Below, piece after piece: positions 13,434-25,679 of a DNA stretch of 63,435 bases. A program made the translations under genes and the position numbers. The first letter of the stretch is position 1. Every line of letters starts with the position of its first letter. Where the stretch lies: the NCBI GenBank assembly GCA_000934665.2, contig KZ538865.1:1-63435 (forward strand). The letters run 5' to 3'. This stretch comes from Catajapyx aquilonaris. Taxonomy: Eukaryota. The notes beneath the pieces are model-generated. The model saw nothing but the letters and a program-made list of their open reading frames with translations, ran no database searches and was not told where the DNA came from.

Positions 13434-13692
13434 CGTCGTGCATGGGGTCAATGGAGTGGATCATGAGCTGGAGCAGCCCGTGCCTGAACTTGGTTCCGGA
13501 GTGGAAAACCGGTCCTTGGGGCTGGTGGTGGTGGTGACTGCTTCCCGGAAACAGGCCCGGAGAAGCCGCCAGCCCCGCCGCGATGCCAGCTGCCGTTCCA
13601 GCCGTGCCTCCAGGCATCGCCCCGGGGCCAACCCCTGGGCCGCCCCCAGGTCCATTCACGCTCGACTGGCTGCTGCTCGACGCCGCTCCGTG
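13434..13692 (-). CDS. Nckx30C: NCKX coding exon, large cytoplasmic loop (Gly/Ala/Pro/His-rich, ends KFRHGLLQLMIHSIDPMHD)
   Basis: Acceptor ttgacctggcag|CAC (phase 0), donor GAC G|GTGAGG (phase 1); FRHGLLQLMIHxIDP matches my recollection of the arthropod Nckx30C loop; GC-rich island. Confidence 0.9.
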
Positions 13693-16600
13693 CTGCCAGG
13701 TCAACAAGGTAAGGTTGGAGGGGGAAAAAAAGAGAAAATTAGGTCATCACAGGTCACACACACTGATAGGGTCAGAGGTCACAGTGTTTTCGATACTCAA
13801 AGCTATTGCCACCTCAACCAGGAGCGATTGTGCAATACCTTTCAGTCGAAAACTAATAGGAAAAACCCAAGTGACTAAATGAGTGTTAATTAATAATAGT
13901 AATAACACAAAAGAAATGCCAGCTCGTGCCCGTCCCTGTCGAAACACTTGTTACCGCAGGAAAGTATTTTGTCAAAAAATTGGTTAAAATAACGAGTGAA
14001 CGGTGATAGATAGGTAGTAATAATTAAAAAACGGTGTAAATGCATAGGTCACACTGTGCCCTCCCAGCTTTTGTTGGCGGTTGTTTGGGGGGGGAGGCCT
14101 CTGCTCTATTATTGCTGCGGCTATTTTTTTCTAGCATTGTTGAAAATACGGGCCTATATTTTTTTGTATTGGTTATATGACGCCATGCCTCAGCTTGAGC
14201 CTCCCATGAACACCATGGAGGAACTAGCATGCATTGCAGCCACAGCACACTACACTGCAGAAGAAGGGTTATCTGGAGGAATGTGGAAGAAGATGTAGGA
14301 CGCTTATTTTGTAGTCTAAGCACAATTTTTTTTGGCAAGTCTTAAATTGAATGTATGGACATGCAACAGGGATCGCCTTCTCTTAGAAGCTAATTTGAGA
14401 TTCAGGTTCCCAAGACTGAATGTGGCGAGTCCATGCCTATAAAACCTGCTAAAGACATCGGGCTTGGACTTGTCTCCTGCAATGTATCAGGACAATGGAA
14501 ATATTGATTGGCCAACAGTCGGTCAGTGCAACATCCCACACACACTTGTGCAAAAGAGTCAGGACCAATCAGACTTTCCACATTTCTGTCGTACTCGTTC
14601 TCGACCCTTTGCCCCCTATGTCAAAAGCATAGGTCGAGAGAGTCATGCACGTCGTACGACACAATGCTTTTAGCATAGGGTTGCATGCATGCCTGCACGC
14701 CACTGAGGGTCAGGGTCCAGAAAGAGTTCGGTCAGCAGGAGATGTCCGATATAAGCGAAATGGGACGGCTAAGAGGCGATTGGATAATAATAGACAGAAT
14801 ATATAATAGAGAATGGCGGTAAAGAGAAGACAGAGAGCAAGAGATATGGAAGTAAAAGTAGTTAAGAATGATGTAGTACATAGACGGCCAAAAGGCATCG
14901 GACACTCACCAAGACTTGGGCTGCGGTCTGGTGCTGCGAACAGAGAGGAGGCAGGCGTTTAGTACACCCGGAGGAGGAAGAGGAGAAGGTGGTGGTAGTA
15001 GTAGAAGTGTAGTGAATTAGTGATGGTGAAGGAAAGTGTGACAAAGCAAGAGGATGGTGATCATGAAGACAATGACGATGATGGTGAGGAGGATGAGGAG
15101 GAAACAAATTGGAGATGTGAAGAAGGATATGTAGAAGAATAAAGATGACGTGGAGGATGGGGAAATAGCTAAGGATGATGAGAAGGATAAGAAGGATCAT
15201 GAACAAGTTAAGGATGAGGATGAGGAACAAGTTAAGGATGATGATGAGAATGATGAGAAGAAAAGAACACTTCAGAGGATGAGGAGTGTCGAGGGTGATG
15301 AGAAGTGTGGAGAGGAAGTGCAGGAGGATGATGAGAAAAGTTATGGAGAAGGAAATATATGAAAAGAAGGGTGATGAGATGGAAAAATGATGGGAAGGAT
15401 GAGAACGAATATGGCTAGGAGAATATGTACGATGAGAGTGATGAGGGATGCAAGTCGTTTTTGGCGTCACCCGCAGAAGAGTACACAGATTAGCGCGGAC
15501 ATTGCGGGAAAACGAAAGGGGTAGTTAGCTCATTATGATACAGACACATATAGACCACATATATCCAGGCAGGTTGTAGAGGAGAAGGGACTGGCGATAG
15601 ACCAAAAGAGGTTTTACATCAACACACCAGCGACCGCTGCCCAATTTGACAGGCCCAGACTAGGGAGAGGAAATCACTCGGATTACTATACGAGTCAAAT
15701 CCTGATAGGAAGTCATAGCAACATTTCCTGGCCAGAGTGATTTCCCCTCCCTTCCTCTTGGTCTGAATCTGCGTGATCATCGCGGTCGTGCTCTACACAG
15801 AAGGGGCCCGCAACAGGATAGAAGAGATAAAGACAGATCAAAAGGAAACAGGAGAGAAAAGGAACTGCTGGCCCGGAGACGCAGCTCAATTTCGGATATG
15901 GAGGCGCTCGCAAAAAAAGAAAGAAAGAAGAGATTTCGCGAGTATAGTCCCCATGGCTGTGCAAAAATCCTGCTTCGGAGCCAACGCGGCATTTTCTCGC
16001 CTCTCTCTTTCGGAGTGCGAAAAAAGTTGGATTCTGGCCAAAAACTTGGCACATCTCGGCTCCTTTTGTTTTCTTCAGATGGGAGGCTGAACGCACCCAA
16101 GCGGCTCATTCCTAGCCCTCCATTCAACCTGCACGTCCCCACCAGAAACATGGACTAGGCACATATTACATGCCTGTAAACAGGATTCGGGAAATGGGAA
16201 CTTTCGTCAGGGTGGCACATATTGCAGTGTTTTCCATTTTCCTTCAGAAATTCACCTTGCTGGAGTGCTGATGGTTGTAGTTATGCGCAAATTATCTAGG
16301 TTCGGTTTTTAAGGTTAGGTTAGGTTACCACCCTAAGCCAACCTCACCTAACGTAACCTATATATGGACACGATTTTTCCCAACAGTTCTTTCATAATAT
16401 TGCCCAACAGAGTGATGGACTGTCCTCCGCTCACTTCTGCATTATCGTGTGCAGCAAAAAAAAGGCTTATGTAACATCGCCTCTAGCAAATTGGCCATTC
16501 CCATAGACCCATGCAGACCATAAAGTTCCGCAATCAGAAAACCCCTGTGTATATCCCATTCAATATAAAAAACCCACTTCGATATTCAACCCACTCAAAA

Positions 16601-19049
16601 CGCATCCGGATTTAGCCTGATTTTTTTTAAGTGCGCAGAAGGGAAAACAAAATTTTGTTCGCTTCTACTCTCCTTATATTTTCCTCCGAGCGCACTTTTC
16701 GTACGAAGGTCGCAATAAGAACAATTGACATTCATTCGAGGCAAATGGCAAGACACGTGTTGTGACGTCACCTAAATTATAAAAGGAGTGCGGTTGAGCG
16801 ATGGCGCCAGGCACATGCTGGATCGATTTGCCGAGCTTCTCTCTCTTATTTACCCTCCATTTTTGTGCGCAACCGACTCTGGAGGAGCGAAGGTCATTGG
16901 GGGAGGGCCAAAAAGGAGGAAAAGCCAATCAATGGCATCATCGGATTCCAATAGCAAAAAAAAACTCCATCGGCTACATCCCATCCTTTTCCCCCCTACA
17001 AATTCCCAGCATTTCCCAACCCAATGGAAGACGGATCTGAAGTCCCATTGTTTCCGACTCAGACGAGGGAAAACAATTGGGTTTTTGGGAACCGATAACA
17101 ATCCGGTTGATGAAGGGCGAATTCCTGTTGAGACTAGTGTTTTTGTAATGGTCTTATAACGGCTCATTGCCATACTTTTGTCCATTATCACAATTTCGCT
17201 AACATAACCTAATCTAACATAACCTAACCTAACCTAATCTAACCTAATGATTAGGTTAGGTAAAGTTAGGTTAGGTTAGGTTAGGTTAGGCTAACCTAAC
17301 GTACAGATGTTAGGTTAGGTGAGGTTAGGTTAAGCTAACCTAACCTAACCTAACCTAACCTAACCTAACTTAACAAACCACCTCTTGGTGGACCAAACTT
17401 CCTTAACTCTTACTCATCCTAATGACACTCACTTCCTTTCCCCCATAATCCTAAACATGATGCCACCACCTAGCTGTTCCACCCTGTTTGTCTGACTCTG
17501 AAACACCCTGTAGATTCAACCTCCTTTTGTAGTTCCTCTCCGCAGATTGGATTATCCTTCCTGGTATGCTCTGGAGATGATTCCATTTTGCAGATTCGTC
17601 TTCCATTCAACCCAGTTTCCCTTTGATGCTTGCCGAGCATCAGAGGCCAGAATCCGATGCGGATTCCATATTCAGCTTGGCAAGCAGTTAAGGATTGTTT
17701 CCAGTTGCAGGAATCAGCCTCAGAGAGAGTTGTTACAAGGAGAGGCATTTCTGGAGCGCTAAGCGGCTTGGAAATGTTTCCAACCAGTTATGCTGACACA
17801 TACCCGAAATAAGAGGAAATGGAAAATGCAATATGGGGAAATCGTATTTGCTATTTTTTGCAAACGAATTATCATATTTTATGTCACTGAAAAAATTTAT
17901 TTTGCAAAATAATGGAGGTGCTGTTGCCCATAATTGCGTTACAGCAACTAGTGGATGAGTATTACACGAGTACAGTACTGCATCAGCAAACAGGATCAAA
18001 ATTGCTCCCTAGAGATCTGCAAGTCTATACGACCCTCCAAACTTTAAGTTTTAATCTCTCTCTGATGCGACCCCGTAATTAAAATTAATTACTCCACATC
18101 CTAGATCAATACAGCGATACAAGTCTGGTCTCCGATCATGCCTACCTAATTTCGAACCATCTAATTAGGAATTTTTTGGGGTCATAAATTTTAACGCATC
18201 ACTTTCGCAGTACCACTGTTCGCACCCGGGTGAACCACTCATATGCGCTGCATATTAATTAATACATAAAAGTAGCATTTAATTAGGTGTCAACGGGTAC
18301 TTTCCTGCTCCATTGTTTATCATTATAACTGGAGGTGTCCCAATACCATCTCGTATTTATTTATTTATTAATTAGTTAATAGCTTAATTCACCTGCTCGG
18401 TTATCCATGTGTACTTGATATTATTGACATAACCCGAGTACACACCATTCACACGTTAATTTGCCGTAATATGAAACCTTTATTGCTGTCAATATGGACG
18501 TGTCATATGTGTCGCACAGTAATTAAACCTCGCTTTCAAGTAACAAGAGAGCGTGGCAGCTATAGTAATATGTTGTGAAGCAATAGCCAGTCTACGTACA
18601 TGCCATCAATGAAACGGTCAAAAAATCGACATAAGCAATTTAAGTGACGCAATAGTCTTATTTAATATTATTATGTGAACTTACTCTTTTAGAAGAGCAC
18701 GTTCGAGACGATCTATCAGACGCGTCTAAATTCATATAAATTATGCATAAAAAATGCTGTGTGGCTCTGTCCGCGGTGAGTCATCTGTAGTGTGCCATCT
18801 CTGTGAGAGATCTGGTACTACGTCTGGAGGTAGGTTGCGCTTAGGCAAATGAACGAGGCTGAGAACTCGCTTAAGCGTAGCTCCTGTCTGCCTGATGAGA
18901 GAGAGAGAGAGAGAGAGAACGATCGAGAGAGAGCTTTTCCTCTTCTCCTCCTAACCCGAAATTGCTTCTTTGCCAAAACATCTGAGGCACTTTGGTAATC
19001 GCCAAGGATAGCCGTGAAAGTCATTTGGTTTCCCCTCCTCCCCCCCCCC

Positions 19050-19375
19050 NNNNNNNNNNNNNNNNNNNNNNNNNNNNNNNNNNNNNNNNNNNNNNNNNNN
19101 NNNNNNNNNNNNNNNNNNNNNNNNNNNNNNNNNNNNNNNNNNNNNNNNNNNNNNNNNNNNNNNNNNNNNNNNNNNNNNNNNNNNNNNNNNNNNNNNNNNN
19201 NNNNNNNNNNNNNNNNNNNNNNNNNNNNNNNNNNNNNNNNNNNNNNNNNNNNNNNNNNNNNNNNNNNNNNNNNNNNNNNNNNNNNNNNNNNNNNNNNNNN
19301 NNNNNNNNNNNNNNNNNNNNNNNNNNNNNNNNNNNNNNNNNNNNNNNNNNNNNNNNNNNNNNNNNNNNNNNNNNN
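19050..19375. other. Assembly gap (others at 2684-2716, 24836-24873, 33688-33777, 58549-58557)
   Basis: N runs, each abutting a G or C homopolymer. Confidence 0.99.
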
Positions 19376-21627
19376 CCCCCCCCCCCCTCACTTGGAAGTT
19401 GTACGATAGGCCCCTACCAATTGAAGCATAGGCTCTCCCTCTGCACACCACTGTCGCTTTCAGGGGGAACGCAGTACTACATGCACGTTGGTGATGAGTC
19501 ACCATACGGACAAAGCCCACCAGGGTGCTAGCGCGTTGAAGTGGGTCCCACCCTCTCTGATCGTTATATGTCCTCTAATATATTATTTTTGACCAGGGAA
19601 ACTGAAAACTATGGTAACAACTACCTAGGCAATTAGTCAACATGGACATATAAGCAGACGGAGAGAATAAGGGGATTAGTGGTATGGTAGGCTTGAGTCT
19701 GTGCCTCTGTTTGTTCGCGGTGAGCCATCATATTAGCTCAGCTAGGTGCATGCACCACAACCCCTCGCACGACCCTGATGGTGGCGGTAGCGTGTAGAGA
19801 GGGAGTCAGCACCATCTGTGTGAGAGGTATGGAACTATGTGGACAGTCCCCGGGCAATGTTGCCAGGTTTTGGCTGAGGGTCGCCTTCGTTAGCAGCTAT
19901 CTTTTTATGAGAAACTGCTAAATAATGAGCAGCTTGATTTAAAAAAATATATAACTGATAAGTTGATTTGTCCGTGACGCCTTCTGCGCAGTGGCTTCAT
20001 TTCTTAAGACGTAGAGAGAGTGGCCATAAGTCACACGACAAGGCAACTTGAGGGATGAAATAATTAGTGGAGGCTTCCGTTAAAAGGCTATTGGCAGCAT
20101 TTCACTACTCCCCCTGCCACAGGGAGGCGACCTTTGCACAATTAATGACCTTGCGCCGGTTGGTCACGCACTCTGAGGACCATTAATTTGTTATTTCCAG
20201 GACTCGTCTTTTATTGACTTCCAAGCTCATCTATCTGCTCGAATGTATCAATGACTCTTCTACAGTCATTTAGGGGAACGGTATATACGGGACACCTATG
20301 AATAAATGATCGGTGTATACTGGGAATGCGCTTGGTTTGATGCGTGACGAGCCGTTACCAGTTGTGAAACGGATGTGGTTCGATACCATGCTCTAGGGGT
20401 CAAAATGTTGCGGACATGACACTAAGGGAACAAATGTTTGCTGACAATTATTCGCCAAGTTGCTTTTTATTTACAGAAGATAATTATTCGCTTCTACTAT
20501 TAGGACGAATAAAATATCTGTCTGAAGAACAATAGCTGGAATTTTCTTCCCACTGCTAGTTTTACTCCTAACTTAGCAGTACCAGTGTTTGGCAGTGGTG
20601 CTGCTAAATTAGCAGTATCTAGCAGTGGGACGAAAATTCATTCCTACGAGTTCAACCATTGGCCGCAATATTTACACATTTTTGGGACATGTACTTGCCG
20701 ATTATTTGTCATCAAATAATTTTAATTACTATCTCGCTAATTAATTAATTGCACGTATTTTTAGCGCTATGTTTTCCCCTAATGTCTCTATGGGCGAATG
20801 CAACTAATTATTGTTAAAAATAACTGCTTTAATAATGTGAACCGAACCAGTGGAACACCCTGTAGTTGTCAATTCCAAAAATTAGCAAACAAAACATTTC
20901 CGATTTCGCATAGTGCGTAAAAAAATTGCAAAGTCCAACGTTCAACCTCGCAGCTTATAAACGGCTGGAAAGTAACTGTTTACTAACAAGCAGCTTATAA
21001 TAACTGTCAAAGGTAACTGTCGAAAAGTGCTGATAAATAATAAGCAGCTTTAGAAAGTGTCGAAAAAGTAGCCATTGAACTTAATAAGCAGCTTATCTTT
21101 CTCCTAATAGGCTTATTCTCTCTGTCGGATGTTTGTCCGACCTGATATTATCGCTATTACACTAATTACGTCACAGCTACAAAAAAATCGTCGCTATTGA
21201 GTATTCGGTTCACAACATTTTGAGATGCTGAGAATAACTATAGTGCCTGGCCTGCTACCCGTCCAAGCATAGCTTTTTTTTCCCCCCCGCAGCTTAAGTG
21301 ATCAATAAATTCGTAGTAATGTTCCGCATTCAAAAGGGCAACTCCGGGGTTGACCTTTTAAGCTCGCTCCGGGGACTCGGCACGACCTTTTGTAATATTC
21401 CTATTGTGTAATGTTACTCTCAGTGCGACTAATGCCCGGATGGTATATAAGCCGCTGTATTACTGTAATGATTTATAGCAGCGAAGCTTTTTTGTGTGTC
21501 CAGTAGCCTATATAGCATTGGATTTATGGGCACTGAAGAGACGGCCCGCGGTTACGGCAAATCCCTAACCGTCGGTTAAGCAGTTTGTTAACCGACCGTT
21601 AGTTGGTACCCAGTTCATGCAACCAGG

Positions 21628-21855
21628 TTTTTTTACGAGCGCAACCGAATGCGCACCCGTATTCGCGCAGCTCCATTGTTCTGACAGCAACGTTTCCTAA
21701 GGGGTCAATTCAGCATTGGCAACGTCGCAGACGTCGGCCATTTTGCCAAGCATAGCGTTAGAAATAACTGCAGCGCACTATACAAATCATTGGTAATGCC
21801 AACCCTGCATGCTGCGCGAACTGTGATGCGCGCTCGGTTGCGCTCGTAAAAAAAA
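21628..21855. mobile_element. Representative of abundant MITE family G (other copies near 3317-3537, 12150-12745, 12770-12910, 13258-13310, 35705-36285, 40240-40440, 43415-43620, 43650-43940, 52645-52870, 61385-61505)
   Basis: TIR ttttacgagcgcaaccga.tgcgcac; shared internal motifs cttatttccaacgcta and gcgacgttgcca. Confidence 0.8.
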
Positions 21856-22571
21856 TTAACTGCAGCATGTCTCATGCGTACTATCGGATCATTCGTACCG
21901 GAAATGTCAGCGGAAGTTACTGCAACAACCAATCACGGAAGAGGCTGCAAAATTGACGCAATTTCCGGTGCAACGAGATGCCGCGTATTATGATAATTGT
22001 GTCATTAACTATCACAACGCGGCCTTTTTGTACTACTGTGTTAATCACTCATTTCCGTAATGCCGCTTTATTGTAGCGTGCTTGTACTTTTTCATAAATA
22101 ATTGCTCGCTCGGTACAGTATACGACACGCGACGCACATTCCACAAAAATGTACCGCCATTGTAGGGATCACCCGAACAAATATTTGCACAGAGCAATCG
22201 ATATACTATAAAAATATCAAAAATCCTCTTCGATCCATTTGATAAAAATATATTTTTGTCTGTAAATACATCGAGTGAATGCTATACGAATAATATATAG
22301 TACCACAATACATCCTGTTTAATATTAGCCTATCAGTTCAAAGTTGGCAAAACTGATATTGTTTGTTTGTTTGTTTGTTTTCCCAGCCATGTATAGCCTA
22401 CAAGTAGTACCACTACCCATCGCATAGATGGCGCATCCTCCTTCTCAACACACTACTGCCATTCTCAGGGTCGTGCGGTAGGTAGTGGTACTACATGGAT
22501 TTGAGTTGAGGTGATGACTCGCCCCGGACAGACAGCCGATTAGTAGTAATGACCAATAATATTGTCACATC

Positions 22572-22902
22572 GGGGAGACGGAGTGGCGCCGCGGTAACGC
22601 GCGCGCCCACGGAAGTTAAGGTCCCGGGTTCAATCCCCACCCGGGGTTCCCACCTTCTTTCGTGCAGAGTTGGGCCATCTCTGGCTTCGTTTCGGGTGGC
22701 AATTTCCGGCAGACTAAGCCCCCCGGGGGAGTTCACAAAATGACGATTAGAGACATTGCACTTGCACTTTGCACATCCCCTCCCACCCACCCTTGGAGCA
22801 TACTAATTAAGATTCTTCTTAAACTCGCTCCAAAAACAATTCCAAAGGTGGCAACCCACCCCCCCTAAGGAGTAGTATAACTCCCCCCGTGGGGTAATGA
22901 AA

Positions 22903-22953
<51 letters not shown>
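22572..22953 (+). mobile_element. Full-length tRNA-derived SINE with (AAT)n tail
   Basis: Pol III A box (TGGCGCCGCGG) and B box (GGTTCAATCCC) at the 5' end; 3' hairpin ggagt-agtata-actcc; (AAT)n tail; 17-bp TSD aataatattgtcacatc at 22555-22571 and 22954-22970. Confidence 0.88.
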
Positions 22954-22960
<7 letters not shown>

Positions 22961-23956
22961 TTGTCACATCCGTTACCTACCGCGCGTAAAAAATTACATA
23001 AGGACATGATGTGTAGGCTACATATTTTAATGGTACATTACAGTTAAAATAATTAATTTTTAAGTAGAACGTATCACGTGATCAGCAGGGGTGCCAATCC
23101 CAGCCTGTAGGTCACCTTTACAGTCTCTTAAAACATATGTTGTGTAGCACCAGCGACTGTAAACCTTTACAACCCGTAAATCCGCAACAAAATTGTAGTT
23201 GGTACGGACAAACAGTGCTCGCCAGCTTTATTTTTTTAAACCGCCAGTAAATTCCTCCGGTTAAATAAACTGCCCCGGGTACGTATCGAAATACAGTATA
23301 TATTTTCGGTAACCTTCGTCCGTATACCGCACACACTTACAAGGTCTGTAATAATAAGCAGGTGTGGGTTACACTTCAATCCATAGTCTCCCTGGCCTGA
23401 AGGCTACCCTCAATTGACACCCGCGGTTCGCAGTAAACTATACCCCTGCAATTTACCGGCGATAAATCGTAATGATACCCGGGGTGGTCGATATTATTCT
23501 CAGAGATTGCGACTCATGATAGTCCACCTACGACATGGCCAAACGGAGAAACACCGCGTTCAACTGTCCTTTACGGCCAACGAGGTCTCAAACAAACCAT
23601 ACCACTAATCGGCTACGTCTGTCTGTTTGATTATTTGTCCAGGGTGAGTCATCACCAGTTCAGCCACGTAGAACCACTATCCCTCGCAGGATGGCAGGAG
23701 TGTGCTTACAGGATGCGCCACCATCTATGTGAGAAGAAGTATATGGTACTACGTGGACATGTTTGTGCCTGAGTTGAAGTGATGACTCGCCCTGGACAAA
23801 CAAATGGGTTCACTAGTAATAAGTTGAATGAATGAATGAATGAATGAATGAATGAATGAATGAATGAACAAACGAATGGATGGAGCAATGGATAAAATTG
23901 AATAAATAAATAAGTTAATTAATTAATTAATTAATTAATCGTAGTCAGGATCGGGT

Positions 23957-24307
23957 CAGGGAGCATATACTACACAAGAGGCGCAAACTTCTGTCGGCGC
24001 CTTTGATGTTCGCGTCTCTCTGTTTGGGGCCGTTGCCAAGGCTGGCGGCCATTTTGAACTGTGGGGAACGCCAACGAGGTATAAATATGGTACAGGCAAA
24101 AAAATATGGTCCGCCATGGTTTTGGCGGCCATGGCAACTACATGGCACGCGCGAATCAAAGATGGCGGACCAGATTTTTGCCTGTACCCTATATATACCT
24201 CGTTGGCGTTCCCCACACTTCAAGATGGCCGCCAGCCTTGGCAACGCCCCAAACAGAGAGACGCGGAACTCGAATGTTTGCGCCTCTTATGTAGTATATG
24301 CTCCCTG
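23957..24307. mobile_element. Long palindromic TIR element (CAGG...CCTG), family H
   Basis: Inverted arms of about 140 bp; flanks atcgggt/ctcgggt (7 bp, 1 mismatch). Confidence 0.78.
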
Positions 24308-25190
24308 CTCGGGTTGTATGACCGAGTCTTCCGATTGGCCCAGTTCTACGCATGCGCAATTTGCTTGCTGTCGGGCAGGAGGTAAACATCTCATGATTGC
24401 AAATCAATAAATTCATATATAAAATAATAAACGGTTAGTTAATATGTAAATTGTCGCCAACCTTGTAACTGACCGTTAAAAAAGAACTGTAGTTTTGAAT
24501 TAAGTACTACATCAACAAGACCAGGAGATAACATTTAAACAATGTTTAAAGCTCTAAAACCTGACAGTTAAGAGTGTTGGTGCAACCGTGATCATTAGTG
24601 CAACAACAACAACAACAACAACAACATCACGACATTTCCCTATGAGGGGTAGTCAGCGATGATCATTAGTGCGACAAAAATATATTATAGTTAACCTCAA
24701 TTATTGCGACACATTATTGCATGTACACGGTACAATAAAAGTGTCCAATTTCCGAGAATGGACAGCGTCAAAGTTACGTTACAATGTATCAGGAAAAGTG
24801 TCTTCTTTTTCTCTTCTTTTTTTTTGGGGGGGGGGNNNNNNNNNNNNNNNNNNNNNNNNNNNNNNNNNNNNNNGGGGGGGGAGAGAGTTTAACTGTCGTT
24901 TCGAGTTCCCCCCGTAACAGTGCCAAGGGCAATACAAGTGAAAATAAGTATAGCCGGAATTACTTATTCAAGATTATCGTAGTCGGCAGTAGAGGTTACC
25001 TGTGGGACAAAATAGTCTCCTGTAATAGGCCTAGCAATATTGAAATGTGCTTTTCGGTAGAGCTATTTGGACGCCAAGCTGCCCACTATTAAGCAGCTAA
25101 TGTACCGGAAAATGAGCTGGATGTTCATTCTCTCATTACATTGGGTAAGAACTATTTAAGCACTAAGCTGCTTGTTATTAAGCAGCTATA

Positions 25191-25397
25191 CAGGGTGGTC
25201 CAAGTTCAAGTGTCGTTTTATAACGGCGATTAATAGCAGTGATTTTGCGATTACGTAGCAGCGACGCCTAAAATGTCCCACTTCGGCGCATCTTCGGTGC
25301 AATCGAAGTGGGCAATTTTACACGTCGCTGCTACGTCATCGTTAAGCGCTTCTATTAATCGCCGTTATAAAACGACACTTGAACTTGGACCACCCTG
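25191..25397. mobile_element. Tc1/mariner-type MITE family A (207 bp)
   Basis: Perfect ~46-bp TIR cagggtggtccaagttcaagtgtcgttttataacggcgattaatag; TA on both sides. Confidence 0.88.
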
Positions 25398-25570
25398 TAT
25401 ATGAAGCAGAAATATAAACAGTTATTAGCTAGATGCTCATTCATGATAGTCGATAATAGCCATTTTGGACTACGCTGCTTATTATTGAGCAGTTAAGTTC
25501 CAGAAGTATAAGCAGTTATTGGCTAGATGTTCATTTACGATAACAGCTACTTATTATTATTATTATCATT

Positions 25571-25603
<33 letters not shown>

Positions 25604-25618
25604 ATGATGATGATGATG

Positions 25619-25679
<61 letters not shown>

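Noticed and set aside
14862..15470. 202-aa hydrophobic/His-rich ORF on the NCKX strand
   Set aside because: Translation of a low-complexity (TCA/TCC)n tract; no supporting splice sites or family motif recognised
18951..19531. Long ORFs spanning N runs (also 2558-2940 and 33567-34197)
   Set aside because: Open only because Ns contain no stop codons
22572..22650. tRNA gene
   Set aside because: A and B boxes are present but there is no convincing cloverleaf; it is the head of a SINE with tail and TSD
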